From assembly GCA_977862235.1 (NCBI GenBank), contig OZ374564.1:1240001-1304000 (forward strand): DNA of 64,000 bases. Direction: 5' to 3'. Origin of the DNA: Dudresnaya verticillata (Eukaryota). Made by a program: the position numbers and the translations under genes. Positions 21,148-33,500 of the stretch are shown one piece after another (position 1 is the first letter of the stretch; the number at the start of each line of letters is the position of its first letter). The notes beneath the pieces were generated by a model. It saw nothing but the letters and a program-made list of their open reading frames with translations. It was not told the origin of the DNA and ran no database searches.

Positions 21148-24100
21148 ATGATATCCGCAAGGGGCGTGATTGATTCTGGCGCCGGACCCAATCTGGTTCA
21201 TGTTAAAATTTTACCTAATGGTTGGGAAAAGCGAGCCAAACCCTATAAGGAAACCACGCGTAGCATCGTTGACGCTTCTAATAATCGAATATTACCTCTA
21301 GGAGTCATCCCCTTGTATATCCGTGTCGGTAATCTCTATACGAAGACCCATTTTCTGGTTGTTGCTAATATGCCTGCCGAAGTTATACTTGGTACAGCCT
21401 TCATCGATCGGCATGTCACAGCCATCATGCCGGGACCCCGAAGGTTACTCTTGAAGGATGCCCCAGCCGTACCTATCCTCGGTGTTTCCATGGGAGGAAT
21501 TACTGCTCCCGATGCCACACAACCAACGGTTTCTACCAGAGTGAGAATAGCCAAAGACTGGGTCATACCTCCTAGGTCACGTTCATTCGTGCCGGTGAGA
21601 ACCAGCGCATCTGGATTATGCCTGGTTCAAAATATCCCGCGGTCACTACATAAGTCGTTAACCATTATGGAAAACGGGATCAGGGACGTTCTTCCGATGG
21701 AAGTTTTCCCTGTGCTAATGACCAATTTTGGTGATCGCCCTGCTCGCTTGAAAAAGACGCAAGTAGTAGGCCATGCGTTACCACGGCCGGATCAGGTTTT
21801 GAGCATTGGAACTTTACAAGAAGCTCCCCAGTCGGATACCCAGGGGGAGAAGCCAAAGGCGGAACCCAGTTGGGAAGACACTGTCCATATAGGTGTCGAA
21901 GACAGTGCTACTCGATCCCAAATCATGGAAATGCTTCAAGAGTATCAAGAAATGTGGTCAGGCCAACTGGGCACCATTAAGGCCACTCAGCACAGGATTG
22001 AGTTGATGGACGGGGGAAAACCCATCTATCAACACCCTTATAGAGCTGGCCCTAAAGCTCGGGAAGCCGAAAAGGCGAAAGTACAACGAATGTTACGCGA
22101 AGGCGTTATTGAACCCTCTGGGGCAGAATGGGCCAGTCCCGTAGTCCTGGTGGCCAAACCGGATGGGTCTCTACGTTTTTGCGTCGACTATCGCCGACTT
22201 AATAGTATTACTCGGAGAGATTCCTATCCGTTACCTCGAATGGACGAATGTATCGACTCGCTGGGAGACGCTAAGATATTTACGACGCTCGACTGTAATA
22301 GTGGCTATTGGCAAGTTGAAGTCGATCCCGACGATCGCGATAAGACGACGTTCACCTGCCACGAAGGATTATACCGTTTTATCAGGATGCCATTTGGTCT
22401 CAAGAATGCGCCCGCCACATTCCAACGGGCGGTCGACATTATATTATCTCGATGCAAGTGGCAATACGCTTTGGTTTACCTCGACGACGTTGTTGTGTAC
22501 TCTCGGAGTATTAATGACCACTTCCACCATTTAGGTACTGTGCTTGATCTACTAAGAACCGCAGGGGTTTCTCTTAAGTTATCTAAGTGTAAGTTCTTCG
22601 AGGCGTCCGTCGATTACCTCGGCCATGTCATACGCCCAGGAAAAAAGCTGGAAGTCGCCTCCAAGAACGTTACCGCACTACGCCAGGCGAAACCTCCCAC
22701 GGATCAAACCGATTTAAGGTCATTTCTTGGAGTATGTAACGTCTATCGACGCTTCGTCCCTAATTATGTACGCATTGCGTCTCCGCTCTGCAGGAAACTC
22801 CGCAAGGATCAACCCTTCACTTTTGAGTCACTCGCAGAGGATGAATACGACGCCTTCGACGAACTCCGGCGTCGTCTTTTAACGGCACCCATATTGGCGT
22901 TACCTCGAAAGGGATTCCGTTATTACGTAGATACCGATACGTGCGACCTTCAGGTTGGCTGTTGTTTACTTCAAGAAACCGAACAAGGGGATAAGCTGCC
23001 TATTGGTTATTGGAGTCGCACTCTTAATTCCGCCGAGCGTAATTATTCGGCTACCGAACGGGAATGTCTCGCCGTTGTATGGAGTCTTTTAACACTCCGA
23101 CCTTACCTTGAAGGTGACCGCTTTACGGTTAGAACCGACCACGAACCACTTCAGTGGTTGCTAAACCTCTCGGATGCATCGGGTCGCCTAGCCCGTTGGC
23201 GTTTACGACTCTCGGAGTTCGACTTCCTAGTCACCTATAATCCTGGAAGGGAACATCATTTGGCAGACACCATGTCACGGCTTTCGACTCCAGGGAGTGA
23301 CCAAACCCCATTAGACGATGACATCCCCTGTTTTGCCCTCGCGGTTGAACATAGCACCCCGCGTCAGCTCAATTTACCCACCGTCCGTGACTTGGCAAAC
23401 CAAAAGGGTTTACCCCGTCAGGTTAATAAGCAAGAACTCCTCGAGGCACAATCAAAGGATGAGTACTGCCAAAAGATGGCTAACCAAGTTGGTATCGCTG
23501 GCTCCCAATTCCAGTGGGACCATAATGGTTTTCTAATCCGCCAAGCGACACTCGATGGAGCACTTCAGATAGTAGTGCCAAAGTCCCTGCGTCCCCGCAT
23601 CCTATATTTGGCCCACTATCCTCTCCTCTCTGGACACCCTGGTGGTTCAAGGATGTACTACACCCTCCGGCGACAGTTTTATTGGCCGTATATGGCTAAT
23701 GACGCATATGCCGTTGTGGGTGACTGTACTAAGTGTGTCCAAAATCGGGGTACCGTACGGAAACATCAGAACTACCTTAAGCTATTTCCCGCCGCTGGCC
23801 CACTGGAATTCCTTGCTATGGATCTCGCGGGACCTTTCCCCAAAACAGAGCACGGCAACCGTTTCGTCCTGGTTATTACCGATCGGTTTTCTAAGCTTAC
23901 GCGCGCCATACCTTTACGGAATACCAATGCCCGCACGGTCGCACAAGTTTTTCTGGACCACTGGGTCTACCCTTACGGTGTCCCGTTATATGTGCTTTCC
24001 GATAATGGTCCACAGTTCGTGTCCAAGTTCTTCGCCACGATCTGCCAAACCCTGGGGTTACGTCAGTTATTCACAACCGCTTACCACCCCCAGACCAACG

Positions 24101-24981
24101 GTCAGGTCGAACGATTCAATAAGACCCTTGTCCAACGGTTACGTCATTATGTCGCGGATCATCAGCGTGACTGGGACAGTTACGTGCATCCGCTTACCTA
24201 TGCGTATAACCTTCAGGTTCACCGCTCGACGGGTACTTCACCTTTTGATCTCGTCCTGTCCCGGCAACCTTCGGTTATACCTCTCCAAGGTTCCCCCACC
24301 ACGGGTCTTACTAATCAGTTGGATTCTCAACTCACCGTTGCTTCTGTCAAGCGTTTAACCATTCGGAAACTTCAACAGGCCATTGCAACGGCTCGGGGCA
24401 CCCTCACGGCTGCCCAACAACGGTATAAATCGGCCTTTGATACCTCCATGGCACGGCCTTTTTCGGTTACCATCGGTGATTGGGTCTATCTGGACCGTCC
24501 TAAGTTCACGAAACGCCAAGTTGGTGAACGACAGGCTTCCCTCGTCGACCCCGCCGAGGAGCAGAACCTTTCTAGGAAACTTTTGCCCAAAGCGACCGGA
24601 CCCTTTTTGGTTACAGCCGTTAATCCCAACCATACGGTTACGATTAAGCAATACGGGCTTTTTAATACCGTTTCGCAAGACCGTATTTCGGTTGACCCTC
24701 ATCGTGGACCCCGAACTCCCCTAGCCGACCCGGAGATAACGCAGGATGCGCCTTCGGCTCCTCCACCGCCTACTACCCAACCCCAGTCGGATTACTATAC
24801 AGTTGACCACTTGGTTAAGCACCGTGTCACCGACAGTGGTTACCAATACAAGGTTCGCTGGTATGGTTACGCCCCCAATGATGATACTTGGGAGCCCCCC
24901 GCGCACATCCCTCACAACTTTGTGTTACGCTACTGGCGCCGGCTTGACCAGACGCCACCGCCCGGAGCTGGGGGGGTGTAG
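21148..24981 (+). CDS. pol: Pol polyprotein, unit 3
   Basis: Same domains; private Ala>Val at 22769. Confidence 0.96.
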   Translation: MISARGVIDSGAGPNLVHVKILPNGWEKRAKPYKETTRSIVDASNNRILPLGVIPLYIRVGNLYTKTHFLVVANMPAEVILGTAFIDRHVTAIMPGPRRLLLKDAPAVPILGVSMGGITAPDATQPTVSTRVRIAKDWVIPPRSRSFVPVRTSASGLCLVQNIPRSLHKSLTIMENGIRDVLPMEVFPVLMTNFGDRPARLKKTQVVGHALPRPDQVLSIGTLQEAPQSDTQGEKPKAEPSWEDTVHIGVEDSATRSQIMEMLQEYQEMWSGQLGTIKATQHRIELMDGGKPIYQHPYRAGPKAREAEKAKVQRMLREGVIEPSGAEWASPVVLVAKPDGSLRFCVDYRRLNSITRRDSYPLPRMDECIDSLGDAKIFTTLDCNSGYWQVEVDPDDRDKTTFTCHEGLYRFIRMPFGLKNAPATFQRAVDIILSRCKWQYALVYLDDVVVYSRSINDHFHHLGTVLDLLRTAGVSLKLSKCKFFEASVDYLGHVIRPGKKLEVASKNVTALRQAKPPTDQTDLRSFLGVCNVYRRFVPNYVRIASPLCRKLRKDQPFTFESLAEDEYDAFDELRRRLLTAPILALPRKGFRYYVDTDTCDLQVGCCLLQETEQGDKLPIGYWSRTLNSAERNYSATERECLAVVWSLLTLRPYLEGDRFTVRTDHEPLQWLLNLSDASGRLARWRLRLSEFDFLVTYNPGREHHLADTMSRLSTPGSDQTPLDDDIPCFALAVEHSTPRQLNLPTVRDLANQKGLPRQVNKQELLEAQSKDEYCQKMANQVGIAGSQFQWDHNGFLIRQATLDGALQIVVPKSLRPRILYLAHYPLLSGHPGGSRMYYTLRRQFYWPYMANDAYAVVGDCTKCVQNRGTVRKHQNYLKLFPAAGPLEFLAMDLAGPFPKTEHGNRFVLVITDRFSKLTRAIPLRNTNARTVAQVFLDHWVYPYGVPLYVLSDNGPQFVSKFFATICQTLGLRQLFTTAYHPQTNGQVERFNKTLVQRLRHYVADHQRDWDSYVHPLTYAYNLQVHRSTGTSPFDLVLSRQPSVIPLQGSPTTGLTNQLDSQLTVASVKRLTIRKLQQAIATARGTLTAAQQRYKSAFDTSMARPFSVTIGDWVYLDRPKFTKRQVGERQASLVDPAEEQNLSRKLLPKATGPFLVTAVNPNHTVTIKQYGLFNTVSQDRISVDPHRGPRTPLADPEITQDAPSAPPPPTTQPQSDYYTVDHLVKHRVTDSGYQYKVRWYGYAPNDDTWEPPAHIPHNFVLRYWRRLDQTPPPGAGGV

Positions 24982-25276
24982 GTGTCATGGATTTTCGCGG
25001 ACCCCAAAGTACACATCGCGAAACGTCACTCAGAGAGTCAGCGCCACCCAATCAACAGGCTTCGCGACGGCGTTATCTCATGGAGTCAAATGAATCGGCA
25101 CTAGGTCCTACCCCTCTTCACTTTTTCTATTTATTCTACGCTACTTGCCTACAGTACACTGCACTCTTTTAGAAACCAAGACAAAGGACAGCCACACAGG
25201 GAGGTACAACACAAGACAGAAGATATTTTATTGGACACTCGTCAGGTCACCCTAGAGGCTCATCTAATTAGAGTAC

Positions 25277-27613
25277 CTACTGGTAACGGGAACGTTTCCC
25301 AACCGACTCCTCGAAGTCGCCCGAACGAGAAGACGCAAGGAGACGGGGTTGGAAAGGAGACGCCCTACGAGTCTCAGCAGGCGTGGTAGCTCCAGGAGTC
25401 GCTTCGGGCAGCGCCGCTCGGCTCCCTACCTCCACGGGAGTAGCCATACTGGTAGTAACCCCGGTAGGAAGAGGCTGCGTCACCTGATAGGTAGAGGAGC
25501 CAGCTGGAGTCTCCTTAGGCGGCCCCCCCACAACCATCTTGGTAATATCCGACGGAGCAGCGGATTGCCGTTCAGCTCCCTGAACGGGCCCCGGCGACGC
25601 CAGAGCCAAAGGGTCACCCGGTTGATAGTTCACCACTTGGGTTAGCGAATCGGTCGCGCCACGAGCGGAAGTCTTCGGCTGAATATCGCTCTTGCGTAAG
25701 ACCTCCCGGGTGAACTTGGTACAGGAGGTGACGAAACTCGTGGAGTTCTGCGGCATCGCCGCCGCCATGCTCGCAAGAGACGCCCGGACGTTGGCCACTT
25801 CGGTTCCCAAACGGTCCATCGTTGCCATATGGTTACCCAGTTGGTTCACTTCGAAGTTCCCCATCTGGGCCACCTCCCGGAGTAACCAAGTCAGGAGGGC
25901 CTCCTTCGACACCCACTCCCGAGCGGCATCCAGAGCCTCCTCTACAGTTGCCGGTACCGGAACCTTTGCAGCGCGACACGCCTCTTGAAGTCGACCAAAT
26001 TTAAGGTGACCAGAGGTAGAAAGGGTCGTTCCAGCTGGGACCGTCGCTGCACAAGAGGGACCACTCGGTGAAGCCAATGGGTTAACTTGTCAAGCCGCTG
26101 CTTCGCGAGTGACCATCGGGGGTATGCCAGTGGAGGGTGCCCGTGCGGGTGTCGCCGGACGCGCCTCACGCATTTGCGTTACTGTCCCCGGTGCCGCTCG
26201 TGGCTTTGGAGTCCCCGGACGCGCCCCCAGACCCAGGCGCGCAGTCCTCGCTGGAGTCACTGGCCCTGACGCTGCTCGCGCCCGGTCGGGGTAACCACTG
26301 TAGGTGGGTGCCTCATCGTCGTCGACCACTTGGTTTCTCTCCGAGTTCGGCCCCATGTGACCCCAGCCACGACCCATATTCCCTGCCTCCCCAAAGGAGT
26401 AGAGAGGCGGACCAGGACGGTTGTCAACGATATGTCGCCTACCAAATCGGCCAACCGCTTCGGCAACCTCAGGGTCATACGCAACCCAGACCTCGCCGGC
26501 GGCCCACTTGAAGGTCTCCGATGCGGTTAGTAGTCCCGCCAAGTCGTCACCCGCAAAGGTACTACCCCCACAAATGAGGTCAACCCCGAGGGTGCGAATG
26601 GCCTCGATGAGTGTCTTGGACAAGCGGAAGAGACGACCATCCGGTAGACCATCTTGGGTATGATAACCAGCTTCGGTATAGGGCGTCGCGTCCCACATGC
26701 CAAAGTAGGCTGCCTGAAGAAAGGCCAGTGCTACGTGGAGTACCTGCTCGGTTTTGGAGATTGACCACACCGGGTAATACCACTTCGCCGCAGATTCACG
26801 CGCATGGGCGCTGAAGTACACCAAAACTCCTGGAGTTAACGACGGCAAGGAGCGCGGACCTTCGATGGCGTGCCACCAGCTGGGTTTCTTCACATAGTAA
26901 TCACGACGCCGACCCATGGGGATATTCCACATTTCGACGTTGTGAAACCCCGCTAGGAGAGCATCGGTACGGTTGCGGATGCGCGTCTCCGTCCAGATGT
27001 CCACTGCCCACCGCTCGGTCAACCACCACAGGTCGGGAAAAGGCTTCGACTCCAGGAGTGACTCAGGAAGTAACTTGATCTCGTTCACCCACTGGTTACC
27101 CTCAAGGAAGCGGTAGAGAGAGGGGACGTAGTCTTCTTCGAACCCGACACGCAGCCACTTGAGGTCACTACCATAATGGTTCGGAACGAGGACGCTTGGC
27201 GGACAGTGACGCAGACGCGCAACCCACTGGTTCTCGCGCTTACCCTCGGGGATCGCCCGGAAGCGGTAGGTGTCCGGATGGGTGTCCACGAGGTAACCTT
27301 GGAGTGGGAACTGCTCCAGCACCTCCTGGTTGGAAAACGCCGACAAACCGCCGTGGCCACCCATGGGGGAAGACTGGGCCATCGCGGCGTAGTAACCTCC
27401 GCGGCTTACGCAAGGCGTGACTGGAAAGACCACGTCGGGGTTGGAGAAACGACGGCGACGGGGTGGTGAACGGCGTGGTGTTGGTTGTGGTTGACGTGGG
27501 ACCATGTTGGAAAACCCTTTGAGGTGATGCTGCTGCGGAAGAGAAGTACTGCTGCACGCGGGATCGATTGTCGGCCGACGACGGTCATGGGCGTCGAACC
27601 GTCTGGATACCAA
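25277..27613 (-). CDS. Antisense accessory ORF, unit 3 (internal TGA 26092-26090)
   Basis: Copy of 6545-8881. Confidence 0.8.
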
Positions 27614-27877
27614 ACGGTTATGATTTCGCGCGAAACGCGTGCAGGCTGCCCTGGCGTCCCGAGGACGGGCCGCAATCTCGGGGGGAGCTCTGTAATACAG
27701 TGAAGGGCTTACAGAAGTGGGCCCTCTGCCCGCGTGTATGCGCGAAAATAGCGTTACCTATAGGGCGCCAGCAGGGACAAGATGGGTAGCCTATGATTGG
27801 TCCAAGTGTCACCCTGCAGGTCAGTAGCTTAGTATCTGTCTATTTATTTTAGAAATTATAGCTTAGGATAGGGGGCG

Positions 27878-28209
27878 TGTATATAGCCCAGTATGAGGGG
27901 TGCTGCCTGACAGTCGGAGTACCATATAAGGGTATCTCCCGTAGCGGTCACTGAACAGTAAAGGTAAGCACCTTCCGGCCCCAACTACGTCTCCAAGCTA
28001 TCGGCACCGCAGCACACTTGTCACCCGTGCCCGGTTAACCGCCCGCCCAGTGAACTACCTTCAGTATCGTGCTTCCAATCAGGTTACGTGCCCTCGTCTC
28101 CCCTCTGGGTTCCTCCCGCTCTACCACCGCTACCAGGTACCCGCTCTGTGGCTTTCTCATTGAGTGCACTCTTTGAGTTCACAAGAGACCCAAAAGGCAC
28201 TTCCTTACA
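27878..28209 (+). repeat. LTR shared by units 3 and 4
   Basis: Copy of 9146-9477. Confidence 0.75.
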
Positions 28210-28324
28210 TCTGGTCTCCCGACCTAGAACTTCAAGGTTGATGAGCCGTTAAGAGGACGACGAATATCGTAACCCAATTGGATACTGAAGAAAATCAACC
28301 CACCAAGGCCCCTGTTACTCCAAG

Positions 28325-30358
28325 ATGTCAACTCACTCTCAAAGTAGTTCCCGTCGTGGTCAGAAGGCGGAGCAGACCCCATTGGTCCCCCCAGTTGAGG
28401 ACCCGGAGTCTTTTCTCCACCCTCCGAGAACTCCTGGAGTAGAACAAGAGGAACCGCCTGGTCAAGCATCCACCAATCCCGTAACAGGTAAACCCTTAGC
28501 CGGTCCTTCGAAAGAAGTCGCAAGGCAGCCCCCGCTACATTCCAACCGTAACCATTGGGTCAATACTGATCTGATGCCCCGTCTGATCAACTGGCTACAT
28601 GATGAGTTGACCCTTCGGTTACCTCAAACGGTTGAACCACTAGTGGGACACTTTCTAGAGGAACAAGGTCCAAGGACACTCTCAGAGTTTGCCGCCACGG
28701 CTACTGACAAGTTAGTCCAGTCATGGACCACTCAGCCGGACAGTAGTCCAATCTATGGGATGCATACCAAAATGGTTCCCCCGTTGGTCGCTCAGTCTCT
28801 CGAGGCCTATGGGCAAGCAGCGGACCCTTCAACTGGACCAAAGTCTAAACCCACAGGGGAAACCAAAGTGGAAAATAAGGAGGATGATGTCGTCCCTCCT
28901 AGCATCGTTCTACCAACCAAAACTGGTGATATAAAAAAGGAACCCGAAGGGGGTTTGTCGGACTCCGAAGGTAGTAAGAGTAACCGACAAGGATCGAAGT
29001 CCAAGAATTCTAAAAAGAAGAAGAAGAAGGACAAATGAAAGAAAAATAAGAAGAAACATCACTCATCTGAGTCTGACTCATCGTCAGTTACCTCAGATGG
29101 TTCAAGTTCGGATGATTCATCCGATGATGACCGACGGCGCCGTCGCCGGTCGTCTAAACCTACAAAGGTCAGGAGGATTAAACCCCTTAACGACCTATTT
29201 ACCCGAGTGGTTAGCTTTCAAAGTTACCGATTAGACAACCGCTCAAGGCTTTACTCTTCGAGAATCTCTCGGAAAGTAAATACCTACTATAAGAGGATGG
29301 CTATTCAGATGCCACCCTCTCGGTTTTCGGGGGTAGACCCGATTAACACCTTGGGTTTCCTAGCAAGGTTCAAGCATGCCTGTAACCACAATGATATCCA
29401 TGAAGGAGCTGCCGTTTGGTTACTACAATATTTTATGGCAGGAACCGCAAGGGACAACCTTCAGGCGAGGCTCCAGACAAGAACCAGTATGGTCGTAGAC
29501 TATGAAGATGAGGGAGATTTATTAACAACGTACCCTGAAGTGGTTAATTACCTTTTGGAAACTTATGCTACCGATGAGGTTATTGCACTAGCCTATGCCG
29601 ACGTGATTTCGTTGCGACAAGCAGAGGGCAAAACGGAACGGGACTTCGCAGAGTTAGTAAGAGCCAGAGCTCGCCGTTGCGGGTCGGTGTTCACTGAACA
29701 CCGCCTCAAGGCGATCTTCGTTGATGGGCTCCTCCCTAGTATCCGTGCACCGGTTCGTAACCGATTGGCTTCCTCAAAGAGTTTGTCCTACACCCATATT
29801 ACACAGTATGCACAAGATCTTGGGGAAGCTCACAGGAGTACACGTGGGACGACTAACCTAAAGGGTAAAAGGGGAGTAATTCCCGTCGCCGCGGTTAGCT
29901 TCGAGAAACCGCCGTCTCACTCCGTGAGTACGTCGACAGCTACCTCCGAGGGTTTACCGGGAATGGAAGACATTCATGAAGAGGAGATTTTCCAACTTGG
30001 TGAAGAATTATCTAACCAGTCTATGACACCCCCGTCTTCGATAACCACAGTAGGATCCCGAGATGGTGCGCCGATACGGGCATGTTGGATCTGTGTTAAC
30101 CCAGACCACATGGCACATGAATGTCCATTGGTAACCCCCGCGGTTCGCGCTGGCATAATTGCTTCCAGAAGGCAAAACCTCTATGGTTTAGCTCGGGCCC
30201 GAGCCATGCAAGGTAATCGACAAGGTAACCCCGGGGCCTCCTCCTCAACCGGCCATCCGGGCCCCACCCAGGCTAGACGCACGGGATCACCCTCAGTGGA
30301 GCCCTCAAAGGCAGCTCAAGGAGTTTCCATTGCGGAAAACGTGGAGGAGGAGGCATAA
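28325..30358 (+). pseudogene. gag: gag with premature TGA at 29036-29038
   Basis: Same nonsense change. Confidence 0.92.
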
Positions 30359-30513
30359 CGACGCATGCCCCCTCCTCAAATATGCGCCTTCCAGAACCCG
30401 TATTACGACCCGATGTCGTGGATAACCTGGAGGGTGATGACTATGATGAAGTATGTTTACTTAAGAAGCAAAACTACAAAGTGGATCTATCGTTAGGGGT
30501 CTGGTCATCTTAG

Positions 30514-33500
30514 ATGATATCCGCAAGGGGCGTGATTGATTCTGGCGCCGGACCCAATCTGGTTCATGTTAAAATTTTACCTAATGGTTGGGAAAAGCGA
30601 GCCAAACCCTATAAGGAAACCACGCGTAGCATCGTTGACGCTTCTAATAATCGAATATTACCTCTAGGAGTCATCCCCTTGTATATCCGTGTCGGTAATC
30701 TCTATACGAAGACCCATTTTCTGGTTGTTGCTAATATGCCTGCCGAAGTTATACTTGGTACAGCCTTCATCGATCGGCATGTCACAGCCATCATGCCGGG
30801 ACCCCGAAGGTTACTCTTGAAGGATGCCCCAGCCGTACCTATCCTCGGTGTTTCCATGGGAGGAATTACTGCTCCCGATGCCACACAACCAACGGTTTCT
30901 ACCAGAGTGAGAATAGCCAAAGACTGGGTCATACCTCCTAGGTCACGTTCATTCGTGCCGGTGAGAACCAGCGCATCTGGATTATGCCTGGTTCAAAATA
31001 TCCCGCGGTCACTACATAAGTCGTTAACCATTATGGAAAACGGGATCAGGGACGTTCTTCCGATGGAAGTTTTCCCTGTGCTAATGACCAATTTTGGTGA
31101 TCGCCCTGCTCGCTTGAAAAAGACGCAAGTAGTAGGCCATGCGTTACCACGGCCGGATCAGGTTTTGAGCATTGGAACTTTACAAGAAGCTCCCCAGTCG
31201 GATACCCAGGGGGAGAAGCCAAAGGCGGAACCCAGTTGGGAAGACACTGTCCATATAGGTGTCGAAGACAGTGCTACTCGATCCCAAATCATGGAAATGC
31301 TTCAAGAGTATCAAGAAATGTGGTCAGGCCAACTGGGCACCATTAAGGCCACTCAGCACAGGATTGAGTTGATGGACGGGGGAAAACCCATCTATCAACA
31401 CCCTTATAGAGCTGGCCCTAAAGCTCGGGAAGCCGAAAAGGCGAAAGTACAACGAATGTTACGCGAAGGCGTTATTGAACCCTCTGGGGCAGAATGGGCC
31501 AGTCCCGTAGTCCTGGTGGCCAAACCGGATGGGTCTCTACGTTTTTGCGTCGACTATCGCCGACTTAATAGTATTACTCGGAGAGATTCCTATCCGTTAC
31601 CTCGAATGGACGAATGTATCGACTCGCTGGGAGACGCTAAGATATTTACGACGCTCGACTGTAATAGTGGCTATTGGCAAGTTGAAGTCGATCCCGACGA
31701 TCGCGATAAGACGACGTTCACCTGCCACGAAGGATTATACCGTTTTATCAGGATGCCATTTGGTCTCAAGAATGCGCCCGCCACATTCCAACGGGCGGTC
31801 GACATTATATTATCTCGATGCAAGTGGCAATACGCTTTGGTTTACCTCGACGACGTTGTTGTGTACTCTCGGAGTATTAATGACCACTTCCACCATTTAG
31901 GTACTGTGCTTGATCTACTAAGAACCGCAGGGGTTTCTCTTAAGTTATCTAAGTGTAAGTTCTTCGAGGCGTCCGTCGATTACCTCGGCCATGTCATACG
32001 CCCAGGAAAAAAGCTGGAAGTCGCCTCCAAGAACGTTACCGCACTACGCCAGGCGAAACCTCCCACGGATCAAACCGATTTAAGGTCATTTCTTGGAGTA
32101 TGTAACGTCTATCGACGCTTCGTCCCTAATTATGCACGCATTGCGTCTCCGCTCTGCAGGAAACTCCGCAAGGATCAACCCTTCACTTTTGAGTCACTCG
32201 CAGAGGATGAATACGACGCCTTCGACGAACTCCGGCGTCGTCTTTTAACGGCACCCATATTGGCGTTACCTCGAAAGGGATTCCGTTATTACGTAGATAC
32301 CGATACGTGCGACCTTCAGGTTGGCTGTTGTTTACTTCAAGAAACCGAACAAGGGGATAAGCTGCCTATTGGTTATTGGAGTCGCACTCTTAATTCCGCC
32401 GAGCGTAATTATTCGGCTACCGAACGGGAATGTCTCGCCGTTGTATGGAGTCTTTTAACACTCCGACCTTACCTTGAAGGTGACCGCTTTACGGTTAGAA
32501 CCGACCACGAACCACTTCAGTGGTTGCTAAACCTCTCGGATGCATCGGGTCGCCTAGCCCGTTGGCGTTTACGACTCTCGGAGTTCGACTTCCTAGTCAC
32601 CTATAATCCTGGAAGGGAACATCATTTGGCAGACACCATGTCACGGCTTTCGACTCCAGGGAGTGACCAAACCCCATTAGACGATGACATCCCCTGTTTT
32701 GCCCTCGCGGTTGAACATAGCACCCCGCGTCAGCTCAATTTACCCACCGTCCGTGACTTGGCAAACCAAAAGGGTTTACCCCGTCAGGTTAATAAGCAAG
32801 AACTCCTCGAGGCACAATCAAAGGATGAGTACTGCCAAAAGATGGCTAACCAAGTTGGTATCGCTGGCTCCCAATTCCAGTGGGACCATAATGGTTTTCT
32901 AATCCGCCAAGCGACACTCGATGGAGCACTTCAGATAGTAGTGCCAAAGTCCCTGCGTCCCCGCATCCTATATTTGGCCCACTATCCTCTCCTCTCTGGA
33001 CACCCTGGTGGTTCAAGGATGTACTACACCCTCCGGCGACAGTTTTATTGGCCGTATATGGCTAATGACGCATATGCCGTTGTGGGTGACTGTACTAAGT
33101 GTGTCCAAAATCGGGGTACCGTACGGAAACATCAGAACTACCTTAAGCTATTTCCCGCCGCTGGCCCACTGGAATTCCTTGCTATGGATCTCGCGGGACC
33201 TTTCCCCAAAACAGAGCACGGCAACCGTTTCGTCCTGGTTATTACCGATCGGTTTTCTAAGCTTACGCGCGCCATACCTTTACGGAATACCAATGCCCGC
33301 ACGGTCGCACAAGTTTTTCTGGACCACTGGGTCTACCCTTACGGTGTCCCGTTATATGTGCTTTCCGATAATGGTCCACAGTTCGTGTCCAAGTTCTTCG
33401 CCACGATCTGCCAAACCCTGGGGTTACGTCAGTTATTCACAACCGCTTACCACCCCCAGACCAACGGTCAGGTCGAACGATTCAATAAGACCCTTGTCCA

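Larger units (their letters stand above)
18512..28209 (+). mobile_element. Ty3/gypsy retrotransposon, unit 3 (gag nonsense)
   Basis: Copy at +18732. Confidence 0.95.
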